From positions 13,953-77,952 of the forward strand of contig CAZMEZ010000002.1 in assembly GCA_964565425.1 (NCBI GenBank): a stretch of DNA of 64,000 bases, in the 5' to 3' direction. Below the pieces are notes generated by a model that was not told the origin of the DNA, ran no database searches, and saw nothing but the letters and a program-made list of their open reading frames with translations. Origin of the DNA: an uncultured Planctomycetia bacterium. Lineage in GTDB: Bacteria; Omnitrophota; Gorgyraeia; Tantalellales; Tantalellaceae. This document shows positions 1-15,000 of this stretch, piece after piece. The translations under genes and the position numbers were made by a program. Each line of letters starts with the position of its first letter. Within the stretch, counting starts at the first letter, position 1.

Positions 1-3000
1 AAACTACAGCTCGCCAGGCCGCCGGAAGAGATGAAGCAGGCGATCGAGGATGGCCTCGAGTTCATACATAATCATATCAACGAGAGATCGAAAGAAGAAG
101 TGCTTAGAAGGGCAAAAGAGAGGGAACGGGTTGAGCGGAGAGGTAACGAAATAGTGATGCCCGAAGCTTTTGAAGCGGAGGTGCAGAGGCTTACAGCCGA
201 TTCGATGGAGGTGCTTGTCGGGCCGATCGTGCGGAATCTCAAGGCGGAAGCGGACTACGCCGCCAAGATGAAGGACGTGGGAAAAGATACCGGAGTGGTC
301 CCGGGACCGGAAGCCCCGGACACCGGATTGGCCGGCGTGGACGGGATGATGAAGGCATCGGAGTTGATCGCTCACCTCAGGCATATCAAGACACTCAAGG
401 ATGAAGGGAAAATAACCCCCGCCGGGATCAAGATAGAGACAATGAAGGCGGAGTCCGTTATCGCGGAGCACGGCCTGGGCGAAGAGAGCCTGAAGGGTTT
501 CGAAGACCATGGCTTGAAGAGATCGCTTTGGGGCGTTTTACAGGAACTTTTGTCCGAGTTCAAGGGCGAAGGGGTTCCGGCTGAGGCTGCCGCTCCGGCA
601 ATAGTTCCGGCGAAGGAAGAAGGCAAACTCGGCATACTTACCGAAGCTTTTAAGGAAGCGGACCGGGAGCCCGAAGGCGCGGAGGCCGAAGGGAAAAAAG
701 TCGAGTTCGAGATAGTAAGCGCGAGAGGAACCGGCGCGGAAGAAACGCCGGAAGCTGCCGAAGAGACCCCGGCCGAAGAAACGCCGGAAGCTGCCGAAGA
801 GACCCCGGCGGAAGAAGTCCCGGAAGAGGCCGAAGGGGCCCCCGAAGAAGCCCCCGCACCCGTAGGATCGCTTTCTCCCCAAACGAAGAGATTCATGGAT
901 ATTCTCGATATAGACGATTCGCTCGATATATACGCTGTTATAGCCGGTGAATGCGAAGAGGCGGTAAAGTCGGGCAAGAACCCGGCTTACGATGTGGACA
1001 TGACCAGATGCCGGGAAGCGGCCCTGAAGGTCAAGAAAGAATCCGAAATGATAAGCATGAGCGTCAGTTCCTTTGCCGCGGAGATCCGGGTGCTGGAGAC
1101 GTCGAAGTACAAGGGCCTCAGGAAGGCCATCGGCGAGAAGATAAAAATAGCGCTCGGCCGGATAAATAAGAGATCGAGAGAAGAAGTGTCGGAAAAGCTG
1201 AACGCGAGACTTGAAAAAATGAAAACGGAGGATGAGCTCCCCTCCGATCTGGCGGGTCTTATCGAAGTGCTAATAACCATGCTCAACGATTCGGCCGGGA
1301 TCCTTGCCCGGCCGATAATAGCGGCGATCAGGGGAGAAGTGCCGGCCGTGGAAACCCCGGCCCAGAAAGTGTTCGGACTTTTGATTACCGCCCAGCAGGA
1401 TATCGAAGCCGGTAATTTCGCGCGCGCCCGGCAGAAGGCGCAGGAAGCGGGGAACATCGACCCCTCCAACAAAAGCGCGAAGGATCTCCTGAAACGCGTT
1501 GATGAAGCCGAGGCGGCCATTGCCGCCGAAGCCGCTGCCGCCGCGCAACCCGAAGCCGGAGAAGGGCCGGAAGCGGAGGAGGCGGAAGACGCTGAAGCGG
1601 CGCGTGCCGAGAAGTTGACCGCCCGGGAGATCATGAGAAAAACCGCGGAACTTATCATCAGGCTTGAACATATACAGCGGACCGCGCCTATTAAGAGGGA
1701 AGATGTCGCTGAAGTGGAAAGAGAGATAGAAGCGTCATGTATCAGCGCTGAGGCCCTCAAGAACGCGCGCGACCATACCGGCAAACCCCTGTGGGAAAAG
1801 CTGCAGGAAGCGCTTGCCGGGGTCAAGGCCCTGATGGAAAGGGAAAAGGCGGCTCCGGGAACGGAATCGATCATTCCCGTTATCAGGATCAAGAACACCA
1901 AGATACGCATGATGGTCGAAAGGGAAATGCTGAGCATGCAGGGATGGCTCATAGACTGGCGCAAGCAGATACAGGACGCCGAGGGCGTGCCCGACGTTGA
2001 AAGGCTCGAAAAGATAATCGCCGTCAAGAAAAAGGAACTCGATTTCAGGGCGAAGGAAATAGAGGCCAAAAAGAAGGGAATGGAAAAGGAGCTCGATGAG
2101 GCTCCACAGCCGGAAAAAGACGAGATAAACAGGGTCCTGTACGTCCTTTTCACGGAAGCCGTCGACGGCGACAGTGAAAAAGGCATACAGGGCGTCAGAC
2201 AGATAGTGGCCGGTAAGGGGGCCGGGATAATCGGCGATTACCTGCAGGATTGGGGTACGTTCGTGCAGGGGTCCGACGATTTCCTGAAGTTCAGCCTCGA
2301 GGAAGTGGAGGGTTACATAAGCGCCAGGCAAAAGGAGCTGAAAAGCCTGATGGCGAGATACGGTATCCCCGCCGCGCTGCCGGAACAAAAAGCGGAACTC
2401 GAGAACATGTTGAGCCTTCTGGCGGTTCAGGCCAGGGTAAGGGCTTCCCAGAAAAAAAGGCCGGAGCTCGAGGATACCCAGATCCTTATCAACCTGGACG
2501 CGCTGAGAGAAAAAGAGACCCAGGAGCTCAGCAGGAAAAGCTGGGTGAAGATACAGGCGGTCTCGCCCATACATCACGCGGAAACGCAGGCGCTTATCAG
2601 TTTGGCGAATAAAGGCGCTTCGATGAACGATATAGCCGATAAAGCGTTCGGCGTCATAGAGACGGCCATCAGGGATACGCAACAGAACGATCCTTACAGG
2701 CTCAAGCACAAATTCAGCAACCTGGTCGAAAAATCCTACGAGTCCGGCCTGCAGCTGAACATGGTGGGCCCCATGGAGGTCGCCGTGGCCAAGATATTGC
2801 CTACCATGGATGGCCAGGAAAAAGTGGAAACAGCGGAAGAAGCGCATAACCTCGCGCAGGAAACGCTCGACCAGATAAAAGCGGTTTACGACCAAAAGCC
2901 CGATCTTACCATGGACGATAGCGGCAGAAAACTCAGGGCGGAAGTGCTGTACATGGCGGAAAGCCTGCTTTCCAAGGCCATAGAAGCGAAGTTCCATCCG

Positions 3001-6000
3001 TTCCACAGGCTTTATGATTCGCAGAAAAAGGTCGTTAAAAAGGCCATAATAAACGAAACGACGGACAGGAAAGGCCGGACTAAGAGCAGGATAGGGCTAT
3101 TGCCCACCTCGGCCGGTAAGACCAAGGCCCTGTACACCGGCGCTTTCATCATGGCGATCCACGCGCTCAGCAACAGGGGTAAATCGGCCAGGGAGGGCAT
3201 ACTCATAACATCGACCGAAGAATCCAAGGCCAGGGAAGATGCCGAAGAGGCCGCCCAGGTCCTTTCCAAGCTCGGCGTGCAAGTGGGATTCATAGGCAGT
3301 ACTCCCGAGGGACAGCCCCAGGGATACCTGTACAGCGCCGATATAGACGATTTCAAGAAGGTCCCCGACAGCAGGGTATATGACGAAGCCGTGGTGGTTT
3401 ACGGTACCCTGGACAAGTTCGTCCACCGTTCGCAGCACGAGCAGGAATCCATAGTCCCGGCGGACCGGAAATTCATGCACCGCAGCTGGAGGCTGCGCCT
3501 TGACGAAGCGGATGTTCCGCTTATCTATGATGTCGCCAATCCGTTCATAATATCAAGCACACAGCACGATCCCTTCGTGATCCGTCTGGTGGACGGGATA
3601 GTCCGTGAATTCATACTTACAAAACCCGACAGTTATTCGGAGAACGTCAGGAAGAAAGAGGTGGAGCTGACCCCGCTCGGTATAGAGATACTCAAGGATA
3701 GGCTCATCATCGATGCCAACTTGAGCAATGACGAGATCAAAAGGGGCCTCGCCAGGTTCATGCGCATGGCGGAACTCGCCATAACCGCGCATATATACTA
3801 CGTTATCGATAAGAACTACACGGACGTGACCGTCCAGGGCAGGCGCGAAATAGTGTTCCTGGACGAAGGCACGAAAAGGCCGGTTTTCGGCAGGCTGCCT
3901 TACGATATGCAGGCCGCCATAGAGGCGAAAGAGGGCCTTTCGGTCCGGCCGGAGGAGAATTCGGAACTTATCCTGCAGATAGACAGCGTAATCCGCGAGA
4001 CCATAAAGGAGGACCCGTATCTTTACGAGCAGAAACCCGACGAAAGGTTCGTCAGGCTGAACAGGAAGGGCATAGAAGCGCTTAAAAAAGCCCTTACCGG
4101 CAAAGGCAGGAACGCCGAGGAAGTGGCCCGCGATATTTCGACCACCGAGGAACTTGCCGAAATGTCCCTCACGGCGCATCTTTACTACAAGCCCGGCGAG
4201 GATTACAGCATAATGAGAGTGGGCGATCACAGGGAAATAGTCCTTCTTGACGAGGGGACGGGCAAACCCATGTACGGAAGAAGGCTTTCCTACGGTCTTC
4301 ACGCGGCCATAGAAGCCAAGCATCACGCGGAAGGCATAAACGTGAAGCCGGAAGGGGTAATAACCTCGTGGACGACGCTCACGGGTTTCCTCAGACAGCC
4401 TTTTATCGTGTCGTTCGGCGGCGTGACCGCGACATGCGACGAGGACGCCATGCGGCAGCTTCACGGCGTCAAGACCGTCAACGTCCTGGAGGAATTGCGT
4501 GAGGAATTGGCGATAAGGGAATACAAGAAGGCTTACACGGAACTCGAAGTCGAGGAAAAGGCCAGGGTCGATAAACTGGTCCACGAGAGCCACAGGAAGG
4601 AATTGCCGCCCCGCATATATGAGACCCAGACCGAGAAGCTGAAAGCCGTATTCTGGGTAACGCGCAGGCAGAAAGAAAAGAACCCCGCAAGGCCGATATT
4701 GATCAAAGTGGCCAGTGATCTCGAGGCCGGCGAGATGGCGACCCTCCTGAAAAGGGCTCTCGGCGACGAGGCGAAGATCAATCTCATGACGGCGGCTACC
4801 TATGAGGATATAGACCAGATCAAACACGAGGCGGGCCAGGAAGGGTGCATAACCATAGTCACCAACCTCGGCGGCAGGGGTATAGACATAAAACTCAATG
4901 AGATGACCGATATGGTCGGCGGGCTTCTCGGTATATCGACGTATTTCGACGAACTTGCCGCTTCCGATATACAGTTCAGGGGACGCGTGGGAAGGAACAG
5001 GCATCCCGGCACGTGGATGGGATTCTGGTCCCTGGAGGACAGGGCCTTCAGGAAATACGCCGAAGCCCATCCCGAAGGCATACGCATATTAAGGGACATG
5101 ATCGCGCAAGTCAAGGCCGACGATACCAGGCCGGATAAATATATAGGCTGCGAAGAAAAAGTCGAAAGGGTAATAGACGAAATAAGGCTGAGCATCAGGA
5201 AAAGGCATATCTACGCGAGCCGACAGCACCAGGAGCTCTCGGAATACATAGAACGGCGCAGGGACGGTTTCTTCGCGCAGAGGGAAAACCTGATAGAGAA
5301 CCTGGTCACTGTCGTCGCGGCGATCAGCGAGGAAAAGAGAGATCTGAACGAAATAGACAGGCAGATACTCGATCACGGCGACGAATTCATGCAGCTTTTC
5401 GGAAAGGATATAAGGACCGAGGGCTGGACGCCGGATAACATAATCGGAAAGATCGAGGATATGTGCGATAACGATCCCGACATGGCCCAGAACCTGGTGG
5501 AACTGGCCAAGGTGGACGAAATAGCGGACCTCCTCGTTAAGGTGATCGGCCGGAGGGAGGTCCATCTCGAGAAGATAAAAGAGCTCGAGCGCGACAGGCA
5601 GAACATGATGATGCCCATAGTCAGGGCGAACGTATCCTGGCAAAGGTTCCTCGAGAGGGCCAATAACATACAGAAGGGCCTCGACCGTTTTCTCAGGCAT
5701 TACGGCTGGAGGCAATCGCTTCTCCAGATAGATCCCGTGGTCAACAGGGAACGCATGATAAAAGCGGCTTATGAATCGGAATTCGGCAGGAAAAAAATAA
5801 CCCCGGAAAAGATCCCCATGATCGTTCTCAGGGGTATCCTGACCGGTCTCGTTGTCGTTTCCATATTCATATATGCTCCGGCAGTGCTTGCCGGATTTTT
5901 CGGGATCCTGGGGATACCCTCGATACTGGGTTATGCGGGTTTGGCCGCGCTGGCAGCGCTTATAACCTTTAAACCCAGGGCCGGCGCGGCCGTCCTGGCC

Positions 6001-9000
6001 ATGACGGGTTTCTGGACGGCGTTCAAGTATATCACCGGTCTGATGAAAATATCCACCCTCTGGGGATCGATACCGAAGGACGCGTTCTCGGTCCTCTCCA
6101 CCGATATTAACCTTATTTTTGCCGTCGGGCTTATCGGTATAACAATGCTTGCAGCGGTGATCATACTGCAAAGGGGATTTCTCAGGCAGATGCAGACGGT
6201 GGACAAGTCCATAAGGGGTTTTGCCCGCGTTCGCTACGGCATAGAAATAGAAGGGGTAAATCCCGCGGCGGCTGTAGTGAAATACCTGGCGCAGCAACTG
6301 CTGGGTATTATAAATTACCTGGCGCCGTTCCTCGCGGGACTCTGCTTTGTAGTGGTGGCGGCGATACCCCCGTTCCTGGGAAGCAGCATAATTACGCTGC
6401 CCGCGGCGCTGGGGATAGGGACCGCGCTTGCCGCGACAGGGCTCGTTTCCACCGTGATCACGATCTTCGCCAACCGCAAGGAGATAAAGGGATTCGGCAT
6501 TATACGCCCGAGCCTGGGAAAAAGGTATATGAATACCGTAGTGGACGGCGTGCTCGCCGTGTCGGCCGGAGCGTTCTTCCTTTTCATGGCCCAGTGCGCG
6601 GGTTTGACGTACATGATCGCGGGTCTTCTCTTGTCCCTGTTGGCCATCCAGCTGGCCCGCAGTGTCGTGACGAGGAACATGGGCACGCATACCATACACA
6701 TGAGGACCTATCGGCTCGGAGCTCTTTCGAGCATTCCCGCCGCCGCGCTGGTCCTGGGATTGACGCGGATCCTGGGCATGACATTGGTGCCTTTCTGGAC
6801 AGTCTTTATACTCGCGTCCGTGCCTTTCATGATAACCGGTATCGGTTATGTCGCCGCGCAGTGGTATTCGGCCAAAAGGCTCTCCGAAATAAGCTCGAAA
6901 GTGACCGACATATCCAGGACAAGAAGTTTTATAGGCATAATCCTGGAGCAGAACCTCTTTAACGTAAGGCAATGGGCGCCTGCCGCGGGAACCGTGACGG
7001 GGCTTGTGGTCTTCATGGCGGGTCTTGTCGCCAAGAGCCCGGTCCTCAGCACGCTGTCAATATCCGCAGGGTTCGTGGCGGCGGTATTCCTGACAGCGGT
7101 CATCGCCGTGAAACTGCATAAGCTTTTTTCCGGGATAAAGTTGAGAAGAAAAGGGGATATTGCGGTCTCCGAAACCCGCTTGAAGGACATAAGGCTGGCC
7201 AGGAACGTGGTTTCAAAAGAAGAGCTGGGCAATATAATCAAAGCCGTTGAGGCGTTCAAGGCGGAGCGGCCCGGGACGGATAATCCGTATTCACTGGCCG
7301 TTAGTAAATTAAGGAAACGGGTTGTCGGCGGGTCGGTGCTGGAAAAGATACTCCACCAGATAACGATCCATGGCCCCCCGCCGGGCGGAAAATGGAACGA
7401 AAAAGAGCTCGAAAGCAGCATAAGACAGATACTGTTCAGGGAAACCGTCGATCTTTCCGGAGAACCCGTCAAAAAGGGAAGCGAAGACGGCGAGATCGCC
7501 GTAAAAGCCTTCAAATCGCTCTTCAAGGAATTCGGCCTTGTAAAGACCCCCATCGACAGGATGCTGGATACGGTAAGCAAACCGGAAAACTGGATGAAGG
7601 CCCTGGGAGAGTCTTTCCGTGTAGCCATAGGCCTTCCGCTTCTTGTGGACGGCGCCCAGAAAGCTTACACGAACAGGATGGAGGAAAAAAGACTCCATGA
7701 CGCCAGCGTACGGGCCCAAAAACATACCGAGGAAACGCGCCAGAGCCACATAACTTTTCTGCAGAGCAAGGAAGAGGATATAACACGGCTTCTTGATATC
7801 ATGAGGCAGGAGGCGCTTCAAGGCGATAGAAAAGCCTTCGATCCGCACATGGAGCTTTTCAAAAGGCTCATAACGGAATACGGCACTTATAAAACCGGGT
7901 ATTTCGTTCCCGCGGAAACGGAAATTTACGCGCGCAAGCGGGATATCTTCCTGAAAAAAGCCGAGGAAGCGGAGGCGTTGCTGGAGAAAGTGCTGGCGGA
8001 AAGAAAGGCGATGGAGAGATCGCAGCGCGCCGAGACCCTGAGGGGACTTACCGCGAAGATCGATGAGGCGCTTGAAAACATGAAAAAGGCGGCCGAAAAG
8101 GGAGACAGGGACGCCTTCGGCAGGGCCAAGATCGAGATGGACATCAAGCTCAAGCACCTTGAATCCTTCAAGGAAGATGCCGTCGAAGAAGCCGAGAAAA
8201 GGGCGATAGACGAACTTATCGCCAGGTACAGGGAACTTGCCGCCAAGATGGGAGAAAGGCTCAAGGCCCAGATGGAGGCTCGCGACTCACAGCTCGCCAG
8301 GTTGAGAGACCTTTTGGCCGACCTTAATACCGCCGCGATGTCAGGGCACGAGAACATTTTCAACGAGAAGCTGAATGAATTCGAAAAGGCGCTCCGCGAT
8401 TCCGACCTGGTCGCCGAAATAGAGAAGAAGAAATTCAAGAAGAGCGCCGAGAAGGCGAAGGATACGCTTGCCAGGAGGATCGAGGAACTCAGCAAGGAGA
8501 AGGACAAGAGAAGGGCCGCCCAGATCTCGGAGATAGAAACGCTGCTTGGTAAAATGGAAGGATCCGCGAAAAAAGCGGACGCGGCGGGATTCGCCAGGCT
8601 CAAGGAAGCTTTCGAGGGAGCGATCGAGACGGCGGACCTGGTCAGCGACGCGGACAAAACCGGCTTCGGGACGAGAGCCGGCCGGGCCGGGATCGTCCTC
8701 ATGGAGACCATGAAGAAGATGTTCGAATATCACGACAAGATAAGCAAATTTGTCATGGCCGCCCCGTCATACGCTTCGCCGGAAAAAGCGGCGAGCGCGA
8801 AAGAAGCCCGGGAAAATTTCAAAAAAGCGATGGAAGCGCTTAAAGCCGAAGCCCCGGAGGTTTACAGCCGGGAGCACGCGGATTCGGATCTCCGCCTGGC
8901 GGAGATACTTTTCGAAAAGGCCGTGAGCGAAAGGGTGGACTCGAGCGACGTAACGAAACTCCGGGTCCTGCTCAGGCGCGCCATGACCAGCGACCGCGAG

Positions 9001-12000
9001 GCCAGGTTCATAATAGATATCAGCGAAAAATTCGCCAAGCAGGAAGCCGTGGACACCAGGACGTTCGCCCAGATAGTTTTCGGTTACTATCTCGGAGGGA
9101 AGCTCCCGAGGAACTATTTCGGCAACGAAGCGGCAAGAGGCCAGGTGGTAACGCTTGACCTGAATGCGGTTCCCGCTTCGACACCGCTTTCCGTGGTGGA
9201 CCGGATAAGGCTTTCGAGCGCTTACGATACAAGGATGAACAACGGGCGCATGGAGCTCAGGATAAACGATAACGGGACGAGCACCCCCGCTGACGATATA
9301 TGGATACCGGCGGATCTTTATAACGAACACCTGCAGCAGATGTACCCGCTCATCCAGCAGCTCGCGCAACTGATGGGTTACAGCGGGATGGATTCCGCGT
9401 GGCAGTCAACCAATTTCGTGGTGGAAGCCGGGCAACCCGGGGCCGATTCGGAGCTTGTCCTCCTGAGGGACATGATGAACTGGCTCATCATAAGCCAGTA
9501 CACGGGCGATTACGGCGCTTCAGCGTCCGATATGCTGGGCGAGGTCCTCAAGAATTACGATGAGGTCAGGAAATACATGAACGAATACAACGGCAGTTTT
9601 TCGTTCAGCGACCCCGATGACGTCGCTTTTCTCCTGTGGCTTTCCTCCGAGACGGCGGACGGCAAGGACCTGGACGACCTTTTATATTATCCCAGGCAGT
9701 TCGCCAGGCTGATGGTGAGCTTCAACTGGTTCAACTCGGACAGGGCGTCCAGGCAGGAAGAAGTGAGAGCCGCGCAGATAAAAGGCATGGCCTGGTGGAA
9801 AACGGCCAGAAGCGAGAACATGCTTGATATCGTCCAGCAGTTCGTGCAGCTCAAGACGGCGCTGGGAGAGATCGCAAGGCTGGGGTCAGAGATATCAAAT
9901 ATAGAATCCCGAATGGCCGGTCTCGCGGCCGATATGATCATCCTCGAGGAAAGCATGGCCGTTGCCGGTGAAAAGGAAAAAAGCGATATCGCCGGGGAAA
10001 TAGAGGCCCTCAAGGTCGAGAAAACCCTCCTGGAATACAGGAAACTTTCTCTTATGAGGGAAAGGATCGCGGCCCGGGAACGTTCCAGGAAGCTCCGGAT
10101 ACGCATAAAGAGGGCGCTCGAGATGCCCAGGACGACGGATCTTCTCAAGGAACTGAACCTCGAGGAAATAAGCGAAATAGAATTGATCACGGCGCTCAAG
10201 GACCTCTGCGGCGAGTATTACGGGACAAGGCTTGAAGCGGCCCGGCAGTGGGTAGTGGAAGAGGCCAGGCGCATGCCCGGCCACGTCACGGCCACGCTGG
10301 ATTCGGGACTCGATCTGGATTTTGTCAGGATGTTCGAGATAACGGAAGTCGGCGATATAAGCACGGTGTCGCTTCTTAATTTCAACCTTGTGTGGAACCC
10401 GGCGACCACGCCGAAGGAGCGGGAAATAGCGCGTAAAAGGATAGAGGAAGCGGTCGCCAATTTCCGGGATGTGAGGAACGAGCTTGACGGCGAGATCTCA
10501 AGGTTGCATGCCGGCATAGAGACGATGGACTCGATCATAAAGAGCGACAGGGGCGTCCTTCTGGAAGCCAGGACCGCTTACGATCGCCTAATGGCCCTTA
10601 TGAAGAGATATCCCAACATGGTCGCCGCCGACGATATGCGCCGCGCGGTGGATGACCTTCGCCAGGCCGAGGATTCCCTGAGGGGCCACATGCAGGAACT
10701 CAGGATGCTCCAGGCCAGGCTGGATATGTACGGCGGGCCTTCTTCCGTGAAGCCGGCTTCGAAGAAAAAGACCGTGAGCCATCCCGGCGAACTTTTCTCG
10801 ATGGCCGTGGAGAACGGAAGGCTCGGGCGCGCCTGGGCAAAGGTAGCCATGGCAGAGGCCGTGAGGGACAGGATCGATGCGGACAAATGGTACCTGCCGA
10901 GCGTGGTTTTCAACATAAGCCTTTTCAAGGGATTCGAGGGGTGGGGGTGGAGGGAAGAGAACGCCCCGGACGACGATATATTCAAGGATTTCATAGATTG
11001 GTCGCGAACGGGCCTCAGCGCCGGCCTTTACCTGAGATGGCAGTTATTCGATCTCGGGAAAGAGAACCGCAGGCAGGCCGCGGAGTATTATCTCCAGTCG
11101 GCGATACTGGGATCCCGCGAGAGCGCGTCCAGGCTTACCGTCGACATAGCCAACGCCCTTTCGCGCATGAAACTCGCGCAGGACGAAGTGGATATCAAGA
11201 CCCGCCTGGTAAGGCAGAAGGCGGAGCTTCTTGAGGGGATGGAGCAGTCGCGCGACAGGGAACGTCAGATGTTCTATCTCAAACAGCTTCGCAGGGACCT
11301 GGCAAAAGCGAAGCAGGACCTTCGCCTGGCCGCCGAAACGTTGAGGACCACCATAGGCGCGACCAGCACGGAGGTCGAGATCGACGACGCCATGCTGGCT
11401 GATATCCATTCCGAACTCGAAAAATTCATGGCTAACCATCCGGAAAGATTCGTGCGCGGCGACGACGGGAAATGGCGCGTGACGCCTCAGGGGCAGCGCG
11501 AAATGGGCGCGCTTAAAAGGGAACTCGCGCGCATACATGACGAGCTCGAGGCGATGGAACGCGAAATGAGCCTTACGGTGGCCCAGAGATTCGAAATGCG
11601 CAGGCTTATAGGCAGCATAAAGGAAGCGCGCGGGATCCTGGACGAAACCTTCGAAGCGGGTAAAACGGTCCCGGCAAAAGTTTACAGGACGCTTCATCTC
11701 GCCCAATTGTCCCTTATCGAGCGCCAGATAAAAGAGGTTTCGGGCGACCACGTGCGCCTGGAACGATTCAGGATGGCTCTGAGAAGGATAAGCTCCGAAA
11801 CCGGGGAGGACGACATAAGGACCCGCGCCGAAAAGCTTATAGCCGAGGTCAATGCGGCGCTGGTAAAGGCATACAAGCGCGAGATAAGCAGGATATCCAA
11901 CAATGCGCACAGGTACGACGCCAGGACAGAGACGGAAAAGATGCAGCTGGTCCTTATCTACGGCCGGCAGATACTCGAAGTAGACCTCGCCGACAGTTAC

Positions 12001-15000
12001 GCCCAGGGAAAGATAAAGGAGGCGCGGGCGAGGCTTGAAGCGTTGAAGAAAAGATCCGAAGAGGACAGGGTGAAGGAGAATCTCGGGAATATGACGGATA
12101 AGCTGAATTCCACTCCCGGGGTTTTCACTTCTTACCGCGAGTACCTGGGGTATTGCGCCGAGGGGCTCGGCGTTTCGCTTGAGACCCGCGCTCTCGCGCA
12201 AAAAGGGACCATAGATCTCGGCAAAACGGATATAGACCGGACCGAATCGCGTCTTCTGGACGCCATATGGAACATGGTGGCCAGGACAGGCATCCCCGAA
12301 GCCTATTACAAGGATCACGCGCCGGAAAGACATTACGGCGCGGGCCGCATACCCACCCTCAAGCTGGAAGATTTCTACTGCGGGGTATTCAGGGGCAAAG
12401 CGACCGCCTTGAACGAGATATTCACCGGGAGGGCGCATAACGAGCTTGATGAACTTATCGAATACAGGCGCTTTCTGATCGACCTGAGGAACAGGCTCGA
12501 GCAGGTAAAAGGCGCGAACAGGGGCAAGGCCGCGGAACTCATAGTGCACATAGACGCGTATATCGCCCTGGTGGACCTCAAGATGAAACAGCTGGAAGAT
12601 AAGGGCGAAAAAACGCGGACCGAAACGGACAGGGAGAACGCGATAAACCGCGAGATATCCGGGATGGAGAGCGACCTCGGCCAGAGCTGGTTCCTCTTCA
12701 TACCGGTGGAGTTCCATACCACAAGGGGTTGGATGGAGGATTATATCAAGGTATTCAACCGCGTTTACAAGGCCAAGATGCTCGGCCCGGACGTGGAACA
12801 ACAGGAAAAGATAGACAAACTGGAAGCCCAGGCGCGCGATAAACTCGCCGAATCATACGGTGAGATCGAAGTGCGCGATGATACGGAAGACCTGATCTAC
12901 GACATCGAGCTCGCCCGGGCGCTCAGGCATTACGGTATCAACAGGTCCGGCTTCGAAAGCTCTTCGGAACTCGCGCTTCTCCGCCTGGCGAAGAAGAAGC
13001 TCGATGAAACGATAAAGAAGAACGAACCTAAACACTTCGACAGGGTGATCGGGGAAACGGCGGATGTGCTCAGGGTATGCCCCGCGGTCTACGCCGCGAG
13101 GCCGGATGGATACAGGACCTTCAGGGAAGAAATAGTGAAACGCCAGCAGGCTCTTTACAGGCTGGCCCTGAAGGACAGGATGCGCAAGACAGCCCTGCTG
13201 CAGGCGGAGATCGTTAAAGCCGACAATGACGACGCGGAAGATTATCTCGATGAACTGCAGGATGCCGAGAAAGCCCTGCGTTCCATATACCAGTCGCTCA
13301 TGGCCCATAACGAGGCCGAAGGCCTGGAAGCCGGTGAGGACGAGAAAACGGCGAGAGAAAAGCTCGACAGGATAAGCGATACCCGTTCGCTTATATATCT
13401 CAAGAAAGCGGTGTACGCGCTGGGCAGGATCGCGGATTTCGAGGATCACAAGGACGGTATATCGACAGATGACCTTGTGAAGCCCGCCGGCGCCGAAGAT
13501 AACGATGAACTTTACAGGGTCCCTCTCGTGACGAGATACACGAGCGACGACGCCGCGGCGATGGAAGGATATTTCCCCAACGTGCAGATAAGGATACTCC
13601 GCAGGTTGGCCGTCGGGGACGTGAGCAAAAGCAGGCTGGAAGCCGTGCTCGAGGCCACGGCCGAAGCGCTGAGGCACGACAGGAACAACAGGGAAGCGCA
13701 GGTGATACGCGGGGCGGTCCAGGACAAGTACACCCAGGTCCTCATAGACGAACTCGACAGGCTCTGGGACGGCGTTGACAGGAAGATAAAGAAGGGCGGG
13801 ACCGCGAGCGAAAGGGATATACGCAGGATAAAAGGGACGGCGGACAGGATACTCGACGTTAATTCGGACCGCCTGATAGAAGGGATAAAAGACGGCTCCA
13901 GCATCAACGAGATCCAGAGGATCAATGACAGGATAGCGGCCGTGGGGCTCAATCTCGACAGGATGCTGTCGGAAGATTGGGTCATAAGCGGCGACGGCAT
14001 GAGAATAGCGGAGATGATAATGAAGAGTTCCGAAAGGGCCGGCGGTAAGCATAATCCTTACCGGGAAGAGATCATAGCCCTCCTGAAACGCAGGTATCAC
14101 CTGCATTCGAGGGATGCCGTGCTCAAAGGCGGCCCGCTCGTTTACGTGCAGATCGGTATAAGCACCGACGGCGCCGGGCAACTGTTCGGGAAGACCATAA
14201 CAGCGCCGTGGACGAACCTGGTAAGCGCCGGGGTAACGCAGAACGGACTTTTCTGGCTGTCGTGGCCGATACGTAAAATACCGATAATAGGCAGGATATT
14301 CACCGCGATAACCGGCCTGGACGGTTATATCAAGTACCGCAAGGACGAGATGAGGCGGCAGGGCATAGGGGCCGAGGAAGAGCTCCGCAAGGCCGAAATG
14401 GCCGCCATACAGGAGTGGATAACCTTCTGGGGAACGGTGAAGGAATACCAGATCACCATGGCCGCCAGGAGTTCTTTAGAGAAGGAACTCCTGGCGTTAA
14501 GGGCGTCGCTTAAGGAAGACGAAGCGAGGACCACTTTTGCCAGGACATATACCGACAGGGTCTACCTCAGGACCCGCGTCGCCGACAAGGAGCTTGAACT
14601 GGCCCGCGTGGACGCGAAGGCGCGCATGCTGGAAACCAGGCTCGTGTCGATGGGAGTGAACGATCCGAAGGATTTCGTAACGGATGGATCGAAATTCGCC
14701 GCCGCGGGCTACGCCGATGAAAGACTGGATGAGGTCAGGAAGGTCTTCGGGGAACAGTTCGAGGAACTGGCCGGGAAAGGCGGCCTCGAGCTCAGGATCA
14801 AGGTAATGGAAGACCGGAGGTCTTCGGTGCAGCCTTCCATTACGGAGGGGTCGACCTCGATGGACCTGACCGTCAGGTACGGCAAGGGATATTTCGGGCG
14901 GAACGAGGAAAGGTGGAAGACTTCCGTGGAATTTACCAGGGAAGAGACGATAGCCGGGATAACCGACGCCATCGGCGGCTACAGCAGGGATTCACGCGCG

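Noticed and set aside
31-33. ATG at 31 as the start of ORF1
   Set aside because: The frame is open to base 1, and the sequence lacks the signal peptide and N-domain seen in ORF2 and ORF3. The gene probably starts upstream of the window.
739-816. 36-nt direct repeat as a CRISPR array
   Set aside because: The copies are contiguous with no spacers, are in frame within a CDS, and there are no cas genes.
1390-1510. Single TPR-like hairpin in ORF1 (AQQDIEAGNFARA...IDPSNKSA)
   Set aside because: Plausible but isolated and generic, so too weak to list as a feature.
2990-5300. Calling this the housekeeping secA, or calling ORF2/ORF3 ppdK or manB
   Set aside because: These are divergent domains embedded in giant proteins, not stand-alone genes, so no gene symbols were assigned.
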